A stretch of 64,000 bases of DNA from an uncultured Fibrobacterota bacterium (GTDB lineage Bacteria; Fibrobacterota; Chitinivibrionia; Chitinivibrionales; FEN-1185). The position numbers and the translations under genes were made by a program. The DNA lies in NCBI GenBank assembly GCA_963729895.1, contig CAVSQB010000008.1, positions 1 through 64,000 of the forward strand. Direction: 5' to 3'. Shown one piece after another: positions 17,202 through 27,647 of this stretch (positions are counted from its first letter, which is position 1; each line of letters begins with the position of its first letter). The notes below the pieces were generated by a model. The model saw only the letters and a program-made list of their open reading frames with translations. It ran no database searches and was not told the origin of the DNA.

Positions 17202-17625
17202 ATTTTTCTGGATAGCTGAGTCGAAAATATATACAATCAATCGTATTTGGGTTGCTGTGCCGGGTGACCCCAAAGTAGAATTAGCCGCTAGAATCCAATC
17301 TTGTGCTGTGGGGCACCCAAAAATCAAGCGTAAGAAGTGGGCGTTCCCCTCGCTATGCTCGGGTCGGCACTCCCGCTCCTGCGGGACCACTGCGGTCCTG
17401 CCTAACGCAAAAAGCAAGCATTGAAAACTTGTCTTGGTTTCGCCCATCAGTGGCGCAGCCGCGGCCGGAAGTCCAGGGATACTGTGTTTGGGATTGGATT
17501 TTGTTAACCGGGTGCTACTACGGTGCGCGCAACTGAAGATGCGGGCTTGCAGCTACACCCCCACGCCGCACCGGCTCAGCACACAAAAATATTATCTTGA
17601 TCTTGATCTTGATATTCGATACAGA
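17202..17625 (+). repeat. Modular repeat copy R4
   Basis: Shares the 7181-7250, 7550-7660 and 7690-7750 modules; lies between convergent genes. Confidence 0.85.
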
Positions 17626-17634
17626 TCATCACCC

Positions 17635-18783
17635 CTACTTCGTCATTGCACATTCCCCGGGTAATTCCTCTTCCGCAAGGTAATGGGAGTTCCAATCCTG
17701 CATCACGGCCTGAAACCCCAGTCCGGCAAGATCGCTCTTCATTTCATCGAGCGTGCGGTTGTCCGCAATTTCGAATTGCGACGTTGATGCGCTCCCGGCC
17801 GCACGGCCGCCCACCGCGGTCGACACGCCAGCCGACATCTTGGTGACCCCGAGCGGCGCGATGGCGTTGCGGAACTCCCGCGATTCGCGCGTGGAAACCG
17901 TAATGCCGCAGCGCGGCAAAAACAGGCGCGCGGCGAGCAGCATCTGCACATACAGCCGGTCGCCTACTTCGCAATAGGCCTCGAATTCCCGCACCATGGG
18001 CCGCAGCCGGGGAAACGCCACCGATACTTCGAGCGAGGGAAACGCCCTCTGGACATGGTGCGCGTGCAGGCCCGTAAAGAACGCCTCGGACTTCGGTTCG
18101 TACAGTCCGAGGAGCGCGCCCACGGTTGCGGAGCGCATGCCCGCCCGGGCGGCGCGGTCGGGAGCGTCCAGCCTGAACGCGTAATTGTCCTTGGGACCGC
18201 CTCTGTGAAGCTCGTGGTATTTCGCCTCGTTGTACGTCTCTTGATATATAGTAACCCCGTCCGCGCCGAACGCCGTGAGCGCTGCATACTCTTCCATGGT
18301 CATGGGGTAGACTTCCACGCTTACGGACGAGAAATGCTCGTGGACCACCGATACCGCTTCGCGCACGTACTCGGGCGACGCCATGGACCTCGATTCGCCG
18401 GTGAGCACCAGGATGTGGCGCATGCCGGTACGCGCAATGGCGCAGGCCTCCTCGCGGATCTGTGCATTCGACAGGTGGCTCCGGGCAATCCGGTGCTGGC
18501 GGGCAAACGAGCAGTACGGGCACCCGTTGTCGCAGTGATTGGAAACATACAGCGGCGTAAAGATGAACATGACGCTGCCGAAGTTTGTTCTGGTAAGGCT
18601 GCTGGCCTTTTGCGCCATGGGCTCAAGAAAGCCGGCGGCGGCATCGGACAGAAGGGCAAGATAGTCTTGCTCCGAGAGCTTGTCTTTGTCAATGATTGTC
18701 TCAACCTGTTCCGGCGTCACCGACGCAAGAAAACCGGCAAAATCGAATGAGGAATAGCGTGTGATGGTTTCGTAGAAAGACAT
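17635..18783 (-). CDS. thiH: 2-iminoacetate synthase (radical SAM)
   Basis: PLYVSNHCDNGCPYCSF, YQETY, STRE, QFEIAD; adjacent to thiG. Confidence 0.92.
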   Translation of the reverse strand: MSFYETITRYSSFDFAGFLASVTPEQVETIIDKDKLSEQDYLALLSDAAAGFLEPMAQKASSLTRTNFGSVMFIFTPLYVSNHCDNGCPYCSFARQHRIARSHLSNAQIREEACAIARTGMRHILVLTGESRSMASPEYVREAVSVVHEHFSSVSVEVYPMTMEEYAALTAFGADGVTIYQETYNEAKYHELHRGGPKDNYAFRLDAPDRAARAGMRSATVGALLGLYEPKSEAFFTGLHAHHVQRAFPSLEVSVAFPRLRPMVREFEAYCEVGDRLYVQMLLAARLFLPRCGITVSTRESREFRNAIAPLGVTKMSAGVSTAVGGRAAGSASTSQFEIADNRTLDEMKSDLAGLGFQAVMQDWNSHYLAEEELPGECAMTK

Positions 18784-18854
18784 GGTTTGTTTTTGCAGTT
18801 GTCGATTGTTGATGGCGCCGGAGAAACCTTCGCATGCGGCGGCGAACCGCCCCC

Positions 18855-19625
18855 CTAACCGTCCAGGAATCCCGTCAGGGGCGACGACGCCTTTCCGTGC
18901 TTCGACACGCCGCCCATTCCCGCGCAAAAGGCGAGCCGTCCCGCCTCCACGGCAAGCCTGAAGGCGCGCGCCATGCTCACCGGATCGTTGCTTGACGCAA
19001 TGGCGGTGTTGAGCAGCACCGCGGCGGCGCCGATTTCCATGGCCTGCGCGGCATGCGACGGCCTGCCGATGCCCGCGTCGACAATGACGGGCGCGTCCAG
19101 TTCCTCAACCAGGATTTCCAGGAGGTCGAGCGTTCGCAGGCCGCGGTTCGACCCGATGGGCGCGCCAAGCGGCATCACCGCCGCGGCCCCGGCCGCCACC
19201 AGCTTCTTTGCAAGCGGTAAATCGGGCGACACGTAGGGCAGCACCACGAACCCTTCCCCGGCAAGGATCTCGGTCGCCGCAAGCGTCTCCATGTTGTCGG
19301 GCAGAAGATACTTCTGGTCCGTTATGACCTCGATCTTCACCCAGTTCCCGCAGCCCATGTTCCGGGCAAGACGCGCAAGCCGAACCGCCTCGCCTGCCGT
19401 GCGCGCGCCCGACGTATTTGGAAGTAGGATTTTGTCTTTAGGAACGAAGGCCAGAACGCTGTCCTTCGGATGGTCGAAATCAACGCGGCGAAGCGCAACG
19501 GTCACGATATCGCAGTCCGCCGCGGCAACCACGTCGGCGATCTGCCGTTCGTCGCGGTACTTTCCCGACCCGGTGATGAGCCGGGAGCGGATCTTTTTCC
19601 CGCCTATTTCAAGAAGGTCATCCAT
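18855..19625 (-). CDS. thiG: Thiazole synthase
   Basis: [29 protein letters not shown]. Confidence 0.95.
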   Translation of the reverse strand: MDDLLEIGGKKIRSRLITGSGKYRDERQIADVVAAADCDIVTVALRRVDFDHPKDSVLAFVPKDKILLPNTSGARTAGEAVRLARLARNMGCGNWVKIEVITDQKYLLPDNMETLAATEILAGEGFVVLPYVSPDLPLAKKLVAAGAAAVMPLGAPIGSNRGLRTLDLLEILVEELDAPVIVDAGIGRPSHAAQAMEIGAAAVLLNTAIASSNDPVSMARAFRLAVEAGRLAFCAGMGGVSKHGKASSPLTGFLDG

Positions 19626-19667
19626 GTGCCGTGCTTCCGATTGAAGCGCACCATTGTGTGCTTCACC

Positions 19668-19874
19668 TTAGTCAGAGCCCCCTCCCACAAACCGCAGGAT
19701 TTCCACCACATCGCCGTGTTTGAGCGCCGCGGCGGCGTGTTGTTCCCTGCGCAGGATGGAGAGGTTCACTTCCACGATAACGCACGCGGGATCGATTTCG
19801 CGTGCGGCAAGCAGTTGCGCAACCGTCATGCCCTGCTCGAACGTCTCGGCTTTGCCGTTGATGGTTACCTGCAT
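19668..19874 (-). CDS. thiS: Sulfur carrier protein ThiS with a C-terminal extension (GGGSD)
   Basis: MQVTING...GDVVEILRFVGGGSD. Confidence 0.9.
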   Translation of the reverse strand: MQVTINGKAETFEQGMTVAQLLAAREIDPACVIVEVNLSILRREQHAAAALKHGDVVEILRFVGGGSD

Positions 19875-19983
19875 GACCGGTTCCGTTTGGGATACTGTAT
19901 GCCGCAAAACCCGCGGGTTGCCGGCGAAAGAGGGCGCACGGCAGGACGTTGACCCGGGCGAATCGCCGGCGGGTTCGCAGCCG

Positions 19984-20883
19984 CTAGCGGCCCGGTTCCT
20001 GGTCTTTGTACACCACGGCGCCGGCAGGCACCGAATGCGTGATCCAGGTGTTGCCGCCGATGATCGCGCCTTTGCCGATGACCGTCGATCCGCCCAGGAT
20101 CGTCGCGTTTGCGTAGATGATCACTTCATCCTCGATGTCCGGGTGCCGCTTCATGCCGCGGGCGGGCTGGCCCTGTTTGTCGAACGGCGATACGGCCCCG
20201 AGCGTGACGCCCTGGTACAGCCGCACGTTCCTGCCGATGGTGGTCGTTTCGCCGATCACCGTGCCCGTGCCGTGATCGATAAAGAACCGCGACCCGATTT
20301 TCGCCCCCGGGTGGATGTCGATGCCCGTCCTCGAATGCGCATGCTCCGACATGATCCGGGGCACGAACGGCACTTCCAGGTTGTAAAGAAGGTGCGCGAT
20401 CCGGTGCGTGGCGATGGCCTCGATGCAGGGATAGCTGAGAATCACTTCCTCGATGCACGACGCCGCCGGATCGCCGTCGTAGGCGGCCCGGATGTCCTCC
20501 AGCAGCATGGCGCGCAGGTCGGGCAGCGATTCGATGAGCGTTGCCAGGGCCTTCTGCGCCTGCTCCTCGCACGTGCACTCGTCGCAGTCGCCTTTCTTTT
20601 TGCAATGATATTTGAGGATCTCGGCGATCACTTTGCCGAGCCTCAGGCTGATGTGACGGAGCATGTCCCCGAGAAAAAAATTCATTTCCTTCTTTGCTAC
20701 TTTGTCCTTGCTGTAAAAACCGGGGAACAGCACGGCAAGGATGTCGTTGAGCACGTCGTAGATCACGGCCCTTCCCGAAAGATCGAGCCCTTCCTCGTTG
20801 GAAGAAAACCCGGACACAATGTCACGTTCCAGCTTCCCGGCAACCAGCGGCACGTGTTTGTTTATCCACTCGACCGTTTCCAT
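19984..20883 (-). CDS. cysE: Serine O-acetyltransferase (EpsC-like long form)
   Basis: DPAA, DIHPGAKIG, FIDHGTG, RHP hexapeptide repeats. Confidence 0.92.
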   Translation of the reverse strand: METVEWINKHVPLVAGKLERDIVSGFSSNEEGLDLSGRAVIYDVLNDILAVLFPGFYSKDKVAKKEMNFFLGDMLRHISLRLGKVIAEILKYHCKKKGDCDECTCEEQAQKALATLIESLPDLRAMLLEDIRAAYDGDPAASCIEEVILSYPCIEAIATHRIAHLLYNLEVPFVPRIMSEHAHSRTGIDIHPGAKIGSRFFIDHGTGTVIGETTTIGRNVRLYQGVTLGAVSPFDKQGQPARGMKRHPDIEDEVIIYANATILGGSTVIGKGAIIGGNTWITHSVPAGAVVYKDQEPGR

Positions 20884-20905
20884 GGGGACCTTGCTTCCTA
20901 GTACA

Positions 20906-21799
20906 CTAGTACTGCGAAGATTCGTGAACGAACTTTATCCACTGGGAAAAGAACTCGTTGCCGTGGGCGCGCCAGGTATTCACGGGCGCCTCGAGGTTGA
21001 CGTTTTTCGGCGGTTCGACGTCGTTCCTTCCCGCGGCCACGTCGCGTTTGTACTCTTCGATGAGCCGTCCCGGCTCGTATTCGAGATGGCCCAGGTGCAT
21101 CAGGAACCGCTGGTCGCTGCTCTCAAATATCACGTAGCCCGCCTCTTTCGAGTGGGCAAGGAGGCGTATGGCGCCTTTGTCGCGCTGTTCTTCCAGCACC
21201 TTGTCGGGGATGCCGGAATGCCTGCTTTGCGGGCACCAGAACACGTCGTCGAGATCGCCGGTAACGCGATGATCGCGGTCGAGGTTGACGGTTTCAAACA
21301 CGCCGAACAGCTTGCGCGGGAATATCACCTTTTCCATCCCCAGAAACTTGCCGATCGCAAGGGCGCCCCAGCACAGGCCGAGGGTGGAGGCCACGTTGCG
21401 CTGCGCGTACCGGAGCACGCGAAGGATTTCTTCCCAGTAGGTCACCTGTTCAAAGGGGATTTCCTCGACCGGCGCACCCGTCACGATGAGCCCGTCGAGC
21501 TTCTTGCGCGACACGGCTTCCTCGAACGTGACGTACAGCTTGTCGAGATGCGATTGATCGGTGCTGGTGTAGTTGTGCGTCTCCAGCCGGATCCAGATGG
21601 GCTCGATCTGCAGCACCGACCTGCCGAGCGGGTACAAGAGGCTCAGCTCGTAGCGCTCCGCCTGCGGCATGATGTTGAGGATTCCGATGCGCAAAGCGCG
21701 GATGTCCTCCTTGAGGGCCTGGTCCTGGTCCATCACGAGCACGCGCCGCTGTTCGAGCGCCTTCTTCGCGTGATAATCCTTTTGCAGAACAATGGTCAT
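20906..21799 (-). CDS. metA: Homoserine O-acyltransferase, probably acetyl-specific
   Basis: ILNIMP, DGLIVTGAPVE (Glu at the specificity position), CWGA, HLEY. Confidence 0.9.
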   Translation of the reverse strand: MTIVLQKDYHAKKALEQRRVLVMDQDQALKEDIRALRIGILNIMPQAERYELSLLYPLGRSVLQIEPIWIRLETHNYTSTDQSHLDKLYVTFEEAVSRKKLDGLIVTGAPVEEIPFEQVTYWEEILRVLRYAQRNVASTLGLCWGALAIGKFLGMEKVIFPRKLFGVFETVNLDRDHRVTGDLDDVFWCPQSRHSGIPDKVLEEQRDKGAIRLLAHSKEAGYVIFESSDQRFLMHLGHLEYEPGRLIEEYKRDVAAGRNDVEPPKNVNLEAPVNTWRAHGNEFFSQWIKFVHESSQY

Positions 21800-21935
21800 C
21801 CGGAATATCCTTTGTGTTCTTTTATCAAGTATCAATGTGCCGCCGCAGGGCCGCGTTCACACGAAAAATACTATATTTCGCCGCATTGTCTTCGATATTC
21901 TTTGGAGCCCCGGAGCGCGGGTCCGTGCGCGCCGT

Positions 21936-23228
21936 TCACGAGCGGGCCGCGCCGATCATGTCGCCCGTCGGATTGAAATAGCCAAGTTTCACATCAGGAA
22001 ATTCCCGCCGCATTTCGGCGATCCAGGACGCCATGCCGATCGATTTCCGCGGCATGCCGTCGAGCCCCAGGGCGCTTCGGTACCACGCCGGATCGATGTT
22101 GAGGTTGCGCGTCTGGATCATGCGGGGCCGCGCGGCGCGCACCAGTCTCCTCAGCGCCGAGATCTCGGCGGGATGGTCGGTGAATCCGGGAAAGACGAGG
22201 TAATTGAGGGAAACCCACAGCCCGTGCCGTTTTGCAATCCGCAATGATTCGCATACGTCATAAAACGAATAGCCGCGGGGCCGGTAGTAGGCGCGGTAGA
22301 ATCCCGCCTGCGCGGAATTGAGGCTCACCCGCATGCTCGAAAGGCCGGCCCTGCACAGGCGCTCCACGGCGCGCGGCAGGCTGGCGTTCGTGTTGAGGTT
22401 AATCACTCCCCTGCGCGTCGCCGACCGTATCGCGCGGATTGAATCCTCAACCAGGTCCGCCTCCAGGAGCGGCTCGCCTTCGCATCCCTGGCCGAAGCTC
22501 GCGATGGGGCCGGCGGCGTGTTGCAGGTGAGGAACGACGTACTCGGCAATTTCCGCGGTTGTGGGCGTAAAATCGATTCTGTGCTGGGTGGACGGGATGC
22601 GCGACGACGCGCGCTGGCGCGAAATGCATCCGATGCAGGATGCGTTGCAGGCGCGGCTCGCCGGCACCGGGCATTCCCATCTGCCAAGAACAAGGTTGCA
22701 CGCGTTGGGACACCGGTAGGTCAGGACGCAGTTGTCAACCAGGTGGCCCACGAGCCTGTTGCGGGGATACAGGGCGCGCAGGCCGCGGGCGCGCTCATCT
22801 ATCGCCGGGAGCGCCGAATCGGCGATCTCGTGCCTCAGCCTCCGGTCGATCCTGTACCCGGCCGCATGGAACCTGCCGTTCCTCCAGCCCACGGCGGCAT
22901 AGCAGTACAGCGGCAGCCTGGGCGCGCCGTGGAGCGCCTCGTAGGCGGGGTGCCGGGTGCACACGTATCCCGGCGGCATGAATGCCGCCGCGGCATAGAC
23001 CGGACGCCCGCCGTATTCCCGTAAAGCAACAAACACCTTCTTCTGCCGGTCAAACCCCACGGGAATCCGGGAAGGAAGCGTAAAAACAAGGCTCGACCGG
23101 GGAAGCGGAACAAGGCTGCGTTCGTCGGGCGGCGCCCATGCGTCCAGGCTCGCGCCTGTCATCGACAGTTGGGGAACATCAAAGACGTTCCCTGCGGCAT
23201 CGGAGACGACAAGGCTGGGTGGTTTCAT
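21936..23228 (-). CDS. Radical SAM protein of unknown function
   Basis: CNASCIGC, SFGQGCEGEPL; start taken at MKPPSLVV. Confidence 0.85.
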   Translation of the reverse strand: MKPPSLVVSDAAGNVFDVPQLSMTGASLDAWAPPDERSLVPLPRSSLVFTLPSRIPVGFDRQKKVFVALREYGGRPVYAAAAFMPPGYVCTRHPAYEALHGAPRLPLYCYAAVGWRNGRFHAAGYRIDRRLRHEIADSALPAIDERARGLRALYPRNRLVGHLVDNCVLTYRCPNACNLVLGRWECPVPASRACNASCIGCISRQRASSRIPSTQHRIDFTPTTAEIAEYVVPHLQHAAGPIASFGQGCEGEPLLEADLVEDSIRAIRSATRRGVINLNTNASLPRAVERLCRAGLSSMRVSLNSAQAGFYRAYYRPRGYSFYDVCESLRIAKRHGLWVSLNYLVFPGFTDHPAEISALRRLVRAARPRMIQTRNLNIDPAWYRSALGLDGMPRKSIGMASWIAEMRREFPDVKLGYFNPTGDMIGAARS

Positions 23229-23426
23229 GGGGCAACTGCCGGGAAAGACAAACTTCTGCATGCGTGCGTAGCACAAAAATACATTGAGCAACGATGCGCG
23301 GTTTCCGCCGGAAAAATGTTTTGGTTGCGCCCGCAGAGATGGTATTTTAATGAGCCGGCGTTCCGGCGGCCACGGACCGCGCGCCGGCCGTATTTGTCTT
23401 ACCATGGAACAACAGGAAGCGTGCCC

Positions 23427-24608
23427 ATGAACATGAGACCCTTGAGAGAAAAGGTGCTTGCCGGCGGCGCCATCGACTGGGACAGGCGTCTGTTCGATTC
23501 CCTTATTCCGCTGCCCGACGGCACGAGCTACAACGCCTATTGTGTTTTCGGGAGCGAAAAAACCGCCCTCATCGACACCGTCGACCCGGCGCGGGCCGGC
23601 GTGCTGATGGACCAGCTTGCAGATGTAAAGACGCTCGACTATGTCGTTGCGCATCATGCGGAACAGGACCATTCCGGCTCCATCCCCCTCGTCCTTGCCA
23701 AATATCCGGCGGCCAGGCTCCTCACGTCGCCGAAGGGCAAGGGCCTCATCATCGACCATCTGCACCTTGCCGAAAACAGGATTCAAACCGTTGCCGACGG
23801 CGAAACGGTTTCCCTGGGAAATTACACGCTCCGGTTTGTCCATACGCCGTGGGTCCACTGGCCCGAAACCATGGTGACGTACCTTGCCGAGGAACGCATT
23901 CTTTTCACCTGCGACTTCTTCGGGTCGCATCTCGCAACAACCGACCTGTACGCCCGCGACGAAGCCCGGGTCTACGAGGCCGCAAAGCGGTACTACGCCG
24001 AAATCATGATGCCGTTCCGCCACACCATCCGCAACAACATCGAAAAGCTCAAAGGACTTTCCGTCGACATTATCGCTCCGAGCCACGGTCCGTGCTATAA
24101 CAGGCCGGCGTTCATCATGGACGCCTACCGCGACTGGATCTCCGACACTCCCAGGAACCAGGCTGTCGTTCCCTATGTGTCGATGCACGGCAGCACCCGT
24201 CTCATGGTGGACTACCTGGTGGGTTCGCTTGCGGCAAAGGGAATTACCGTGTTCCAGTTCGACCTTGCCGACACGGACCTGGGAAAGCTCGCGATATCGC
24301 TCGTCGACGCGGCAACGCTGGTGGCAGGCACGCCTACGGTCCATGTGGGGCCGCATCCCGCGGTTCTGTACGCGGCAACGCTCGCCAACGCCCTGCGGCC
24401 CAAGCTCGCCTTCGCGTCCGTGGTGGGATCGTACGGCTGGGCCGGGAAAGCCGCGGAACAGATCGCCGGCGCCCTTCCCAACCTCAAAGTGGAGGTGCTG
24501 CAGCCGGTTATGTGCAAAGGATTGCCCAAAACGTCCGACTTCGATGCGCTCGAAAAGCTGAGCCTCGCCATACTGGAAAAACACAAAACCCTGGGATTGA
24601 CGGAGTAA
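23427..24608 (+). CDS. fprA: Flavodiiron protein (FprA/NorV-like O2/NO reductase)
   Basis: GTSYNAY, HAEQDHSG, VHWPE, PSHG, flavodoxin YVSMHGST/GSYGW. Confidence 0.92.
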   Translation: MNMRPLREKVLAGGAIDWDRRLFDSLIPLPDGTSYNAYCVFGSEKTALIDTVDPARAGVLMDQLADVKTLDYVVAHHAEQDHSGSIPLVLAKYPAARLLTSPKGKGLIIDHLHLAENRIQTVADGETVSLGNYTLRFVHTPWVHWPETMVTYLAEERILFTCDFFGSHLATTDLYARDEARVYEAAKRYYAEIMMPFRHTIRNNIEKLKGLSVDIIAPSHGPCYNRPAFIMDAYRDWISDTPRNQAVVPYVSMHGSTRLMVDYLVGSLAAKGITVFQFDLADTDLGKLAISLVDAATLVAGTPTVHVGPHPAVLYAATLANALRPKLAFASVVGSYGWAGKAAEQIAGALPNLKVEVLQPVMCKGLPKTSDFDALEKLSLAILEKHKTLGLTE

Positions 24609-24756
24609 AAAACCGTATTACCGTGTTGCGCCGGGGCATCCGGACGCGGACGCTTCTTTGGGCCGATCCCGCTTTGGTTTTGCCCTACTAAAATGTATTT
24701 TACGGTGTCAGGTGTTTGTTCGACAATCCCCGTTTGACGCTTTTTGTGAGGAACCC

Positions 24757-25635
24757 ATGAAAAAATTTGCCGTTCTGTCAATGTTGGTTGCGTACTTTGC
24801 AGCCGCGCCGTGTGCGGAAACCCACTTGTCCGGCGATGTCAAGACCGCCACTCTCGACTCGACGGGCAACCCCTATATCGTCGATCAGGACATCGTGGTG
24901 CCGGCGGGCAAGAAGCTTGCCATCAAGGAAGGATGCGTTTTTCTGTTCAAGGGATTCACCGGGCTGAACGTCGTCGGCCAGCTTCACGTCGCCGGTTCGG
25001 CCAGGCGCCCGGTTGTTTTCACCTCCGTCAACGACGGCGACTACAATCCGAAAAGCGACCAGCTTCCCAACCCCTTCGACTGGAACGGCGTGCTTGTCGC
25101 AAAGGAATCCGGCGGCGCCTTGTTCGAGAACTTCCAGCTCCGGTATTCCGTCTACGGCATCAAGTCGCAAACCACTAATGTGTCCATCCAAAACGGCGTA
25201 TTCAGGCAGAACGGCCAGTTTCATTTCACGATCAACGACAAGATCCAATATGTGCAGGACAATATCGCCTATTCCTATACCCCGACGACTTCGGAATCGG
25301 AAAAGCCTGGTGTGATCGGATCAGGCGGAGAAGCGGGCGGCGCTCCGGCCAAGCCCCAGGCGGCGAAGCCCGGCAAGGGCAAGTTGATTTTCAGGTATAC
25401 TTCGCTTGGCGTCGGCGTGGTTGGGATCGCGGCAGGATCGGTCCTTCTGATTCCATGGAACAATGCAAAAACAAACGTTTATGCCTTGCTTAACAACCCG
25501 TCATCCTACACCGACCCGAACGCGAAATACAACCAACTGACAGGTCAAGTCAACGGCTACGGGGCGGGCTCGGCCATTTCGTATGCCCTCGGCGTGCTCG
25601 GGCTTGTGGGGTTCGGTGTTTCGTTCGCGTTCTAA
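24757..25635 (+). CDS. Hypothetical exported/membrane-anchored protein (beta-helix-like N-domain)
   Basis: Signal peptide, GNPYIV...VVFTS...WNG pattern, C-terminal hydrophobic segments. Confidence 0.7.
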   Translation: MKKFAVLSMLVAYFAAAPCAETHLSGDVKTATLDSTGNPYIVDQDIVVPAGKKLAIKEGCVFLFKGFTGLNVVGQLHVAGSARRPVVFTSVNDGDYNPKSDQLPNPFDWNGVLVAKESGGALFENFQLRYSVYGIKSQTTNVSIQNGVFRQNGQFHFTINDKIQYVQDNIAYSYTPTTSESEKPGVIGSGGEAGGAPAKPQAAKPGKGKLIFRYTSLGVGVVGIAAGSVLLIPWNNAKTNVYALLNNPSSYTDPNAKYNQLTGQVNGYGAGSAISYALGVLGLVGFGVSFAF

Positions 25636-25701
25636 AGGAACCTCTTCCATGGTTAACCTCCGGGTGATCAAATCTCTACCCGGATAATCCGGGTCGGCCG
25701 T

Positions 25702-26895
25702 ATGGACCGCTTTTTCGGCTACATCGAAGGCTATTACGGGAAAATGCTTTCCTGGGACGAGCGGCGGTCCCTGTGCGCCGCCATGAGTGCGCTTTCTCTC
25801 AACACCTACGTGTACGCTCCCAAAGAAGATCCCTATCACCGCATCGACTGGAAACTTCCGTATCCGTCAAGCTGGACCAGGGCCTTCCGCCGCTTCGTTG
25901 CGGACGCCGCGCACCGGAACGTGCGTGTGGTGCCCTGTCTTGCTCCCGGGCTTTCGTTCGATTATGCAAGCGCCGCGCACTACGCGCTCCTGTTGAATAA
26001 GATGTCCGTTTTCGCCCGCATCGGGTGCCGCACGGTCGGGCTCCTCATGGACGATATTCCGCTGACCCTGCCAAAAAATTGCCGCGGATCTTTTTCATCG
26101 CTCGGTGAGGCGCACGGCACGCTGCTGTCGCGGCTCCAGGCCGATTTACGCAGGCGGTTCGCCCGGCTGTCCCTGTGGTTCTGCCCTTCCGTGTACACCG
26201 ACGAGTTTGCGCCCGGGAGAGTTCTGCATTCATCGTACCTTGCCGATCTATCGCTCACTATTCCCGCGGACGTTCTCGTCCTGTGGACCGGGCCGGCCGT
26301 GATTGCCGCGAAACTCGACAAAGCGTCGCTTTTTCCGGTTTCCCGTTTGTTTCACGGCAATATCCTTGTGTGGGACAACCTGTATGCAAACGATTATTGC
26401 CCGCACAGGCTTTTTCTGGGTCCCTATGCGGGAAGAAGCAAGGACCTCGCCGCGGTCACCAGAGGCGTGCTGCTCAACCCTACCGGCATGCCGCACACCG
26501 ATGCGTTCCTTCTGTCGCTGTTGTCGGCGTTCAGGCGAAACGTTCCATACATGCGCGCCCGGCGCGAGGCGGCGGCAAAACTTCCCTTTGCAAAGGATTT
26601 TTCGCGTGTGGCCCGCTTCTTCGGGCTGCCGTTCGACCGCGCAAACGCCGGCGCAGTGTCAGGACCCGCGATCAACCGCTGCAGGGCGGCGTTGCATCGC
26701 CTAGTGTGGAAATGGAAATCTCCCTTGCAGCGGGAATGGTATCCGTACCTTTACATGCTCGACACCGACCTCAGGCTGCTCACGACACCGGGCGGTTCGG
26801 CCGCCGGCCGCAGGTGGATCCGCAAGAAATATCCGGCCGTGCTGTGCACCATCCTGGTGCGGCGAGCGTCAAACGGAAAACGGGTTCGGTCATGA
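25702..26895 (+). CDS. GH84 beta-N-acetylglucosaminidase (O-GlcNAcase-like)
   Basis: GYIEGYYG, YVYAPKEDPYHR, LMDDI (catalytic DD), WTG, WDNLYAND. Confidence 0.88.
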   Translation: MDRFFGYIEGYYGKMLSWDERRSLCAAMSALSLNTYVYAPKEDPYHRIDWKLPYPSSWTRAFRRFVADAAHRNVRVVPCLAPGLSFDYASAAHYALLLNKMSVFARIGCRTVGLLMDDIPLTLPKNCRGSFSSLGEAHGTLLSRLQADLRRRFARLSLWFCPSVYTDEFAPGRVLHSSYLADLSLTIPADVLVLWTGPAVIAAKLDKASLFPVSRLFHGNILVWDNLYANDYCPHRLFLGPYAGRSKDLAAVTRGVLLNPTGMPHTDAFLLSLLSAFRRNVPYMRARREAAAKLPFAKDFSRVARFFGLPFDRANAGAVSGPAINRCRAALHRLVWKWKSPLQREWYPYLYMLDTDLRLLTTPGGSAAGRRWIRKKYPAVLCTILVRRASNGKRVRS

Positions 26896-27644
26896 GAGCA
26901 CTGTCTGATCCATGCGTGCAGCTCGAACTGGATCTTTTTCCCGTCAGGTCGTTTGAAGAACTGCTTGCGGAAAGAACTATCCGCGACATAACCGTGGTCC
27001 GCACGCGGCGCCTCAGGCGGGGGTGGCATGCCGTGATCAATGCGGCGGACCGGACGCGCGTCCTCCGCGTGCCGCACTTTTACGATGAGGCGCCGGCGGA
27101 GGTAAAATCGGCGCTGGTCGATTGGACGCTGTTGCTGTCCCGCAGGAAGGATGCCGCGTACCGCACGCGGAAACGAGATCTCGAACGGGTCGTTTTCTCT
27201 TATATCAAGTCCAGCGGCCGCGAGGTGCGTAACCGTTCGCTGGTCGATCCCCTGTCCTACGAAACCAGGGGGCGTGTATACGATCTCAGGGAAGTGTTCG
27301 ACACCATCAACCAACGCTGTTTCGAAGGTTCACTTTCGTCGTACGTGCGCTGGGGCAGCCACCCCTTTCGCTCGTTTCAATCCTGCAGGCGAGACCGCGC
27401 GTCGATGCCGTATAACCTGATCACCATCGCGTCCATATACAACCGTCCGGAGACGCCGCGCTACGCGATAGAAGGAATAATGCACCACGAAATGCTCCAC
27501 ATCGCCGTTCCTCCCCGCTCGCAGCACGGGAGAAACATCATTCACGGCCGGGAATTCAGGCAGCGGGAACGGTGTTTCCCCCACCACCGCCTGTGGGTGG
27601 CGTGGGAAAAAGACGTCTGCAAGAACACACCAAGGAAAGGTTGA
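26892..27644 (+). CDS. SprT/M48-like zinc metalloprotease domain protein
   Basis: HHEMLH and downstream H..F...E; ATGA overlap with GH84. Confidence 0.75.
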   Translation: MRALSDPCVQLELDLFPVRSFEELLAERTIRDITVVRTRRLRRGWHAVINAADRTRVLRVPHFYDEAPAEVKSALVDWTLLLSRRKDAAYRTRKRDLERVVFSYIKSSGREVRNRSLVDPLSYETRGRVYDLREVFDTINQRCFEGSLSSYVRWGSHPFRSFQSCRRDRASMPYNLITIASIYNRPETPRYAIEGIMHHEMLHIAVPPRSQHGRNIIHGREFRQRERCFPHHRLWVAWEKDVCKNTPRKG

Positions 27645-27647
27645 CAC

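Noticed and set aside
19875..21935. TPP or SAM riboswitch upstream of thiS or metA
   Set aside because: No recognisable conserved aptamer cores in the short intergenic stretches.
21936..24584. 882-aa radical SAM fusion
   Set aside because: The N-terminal half is antisense to fprA; the true start is about 23228.
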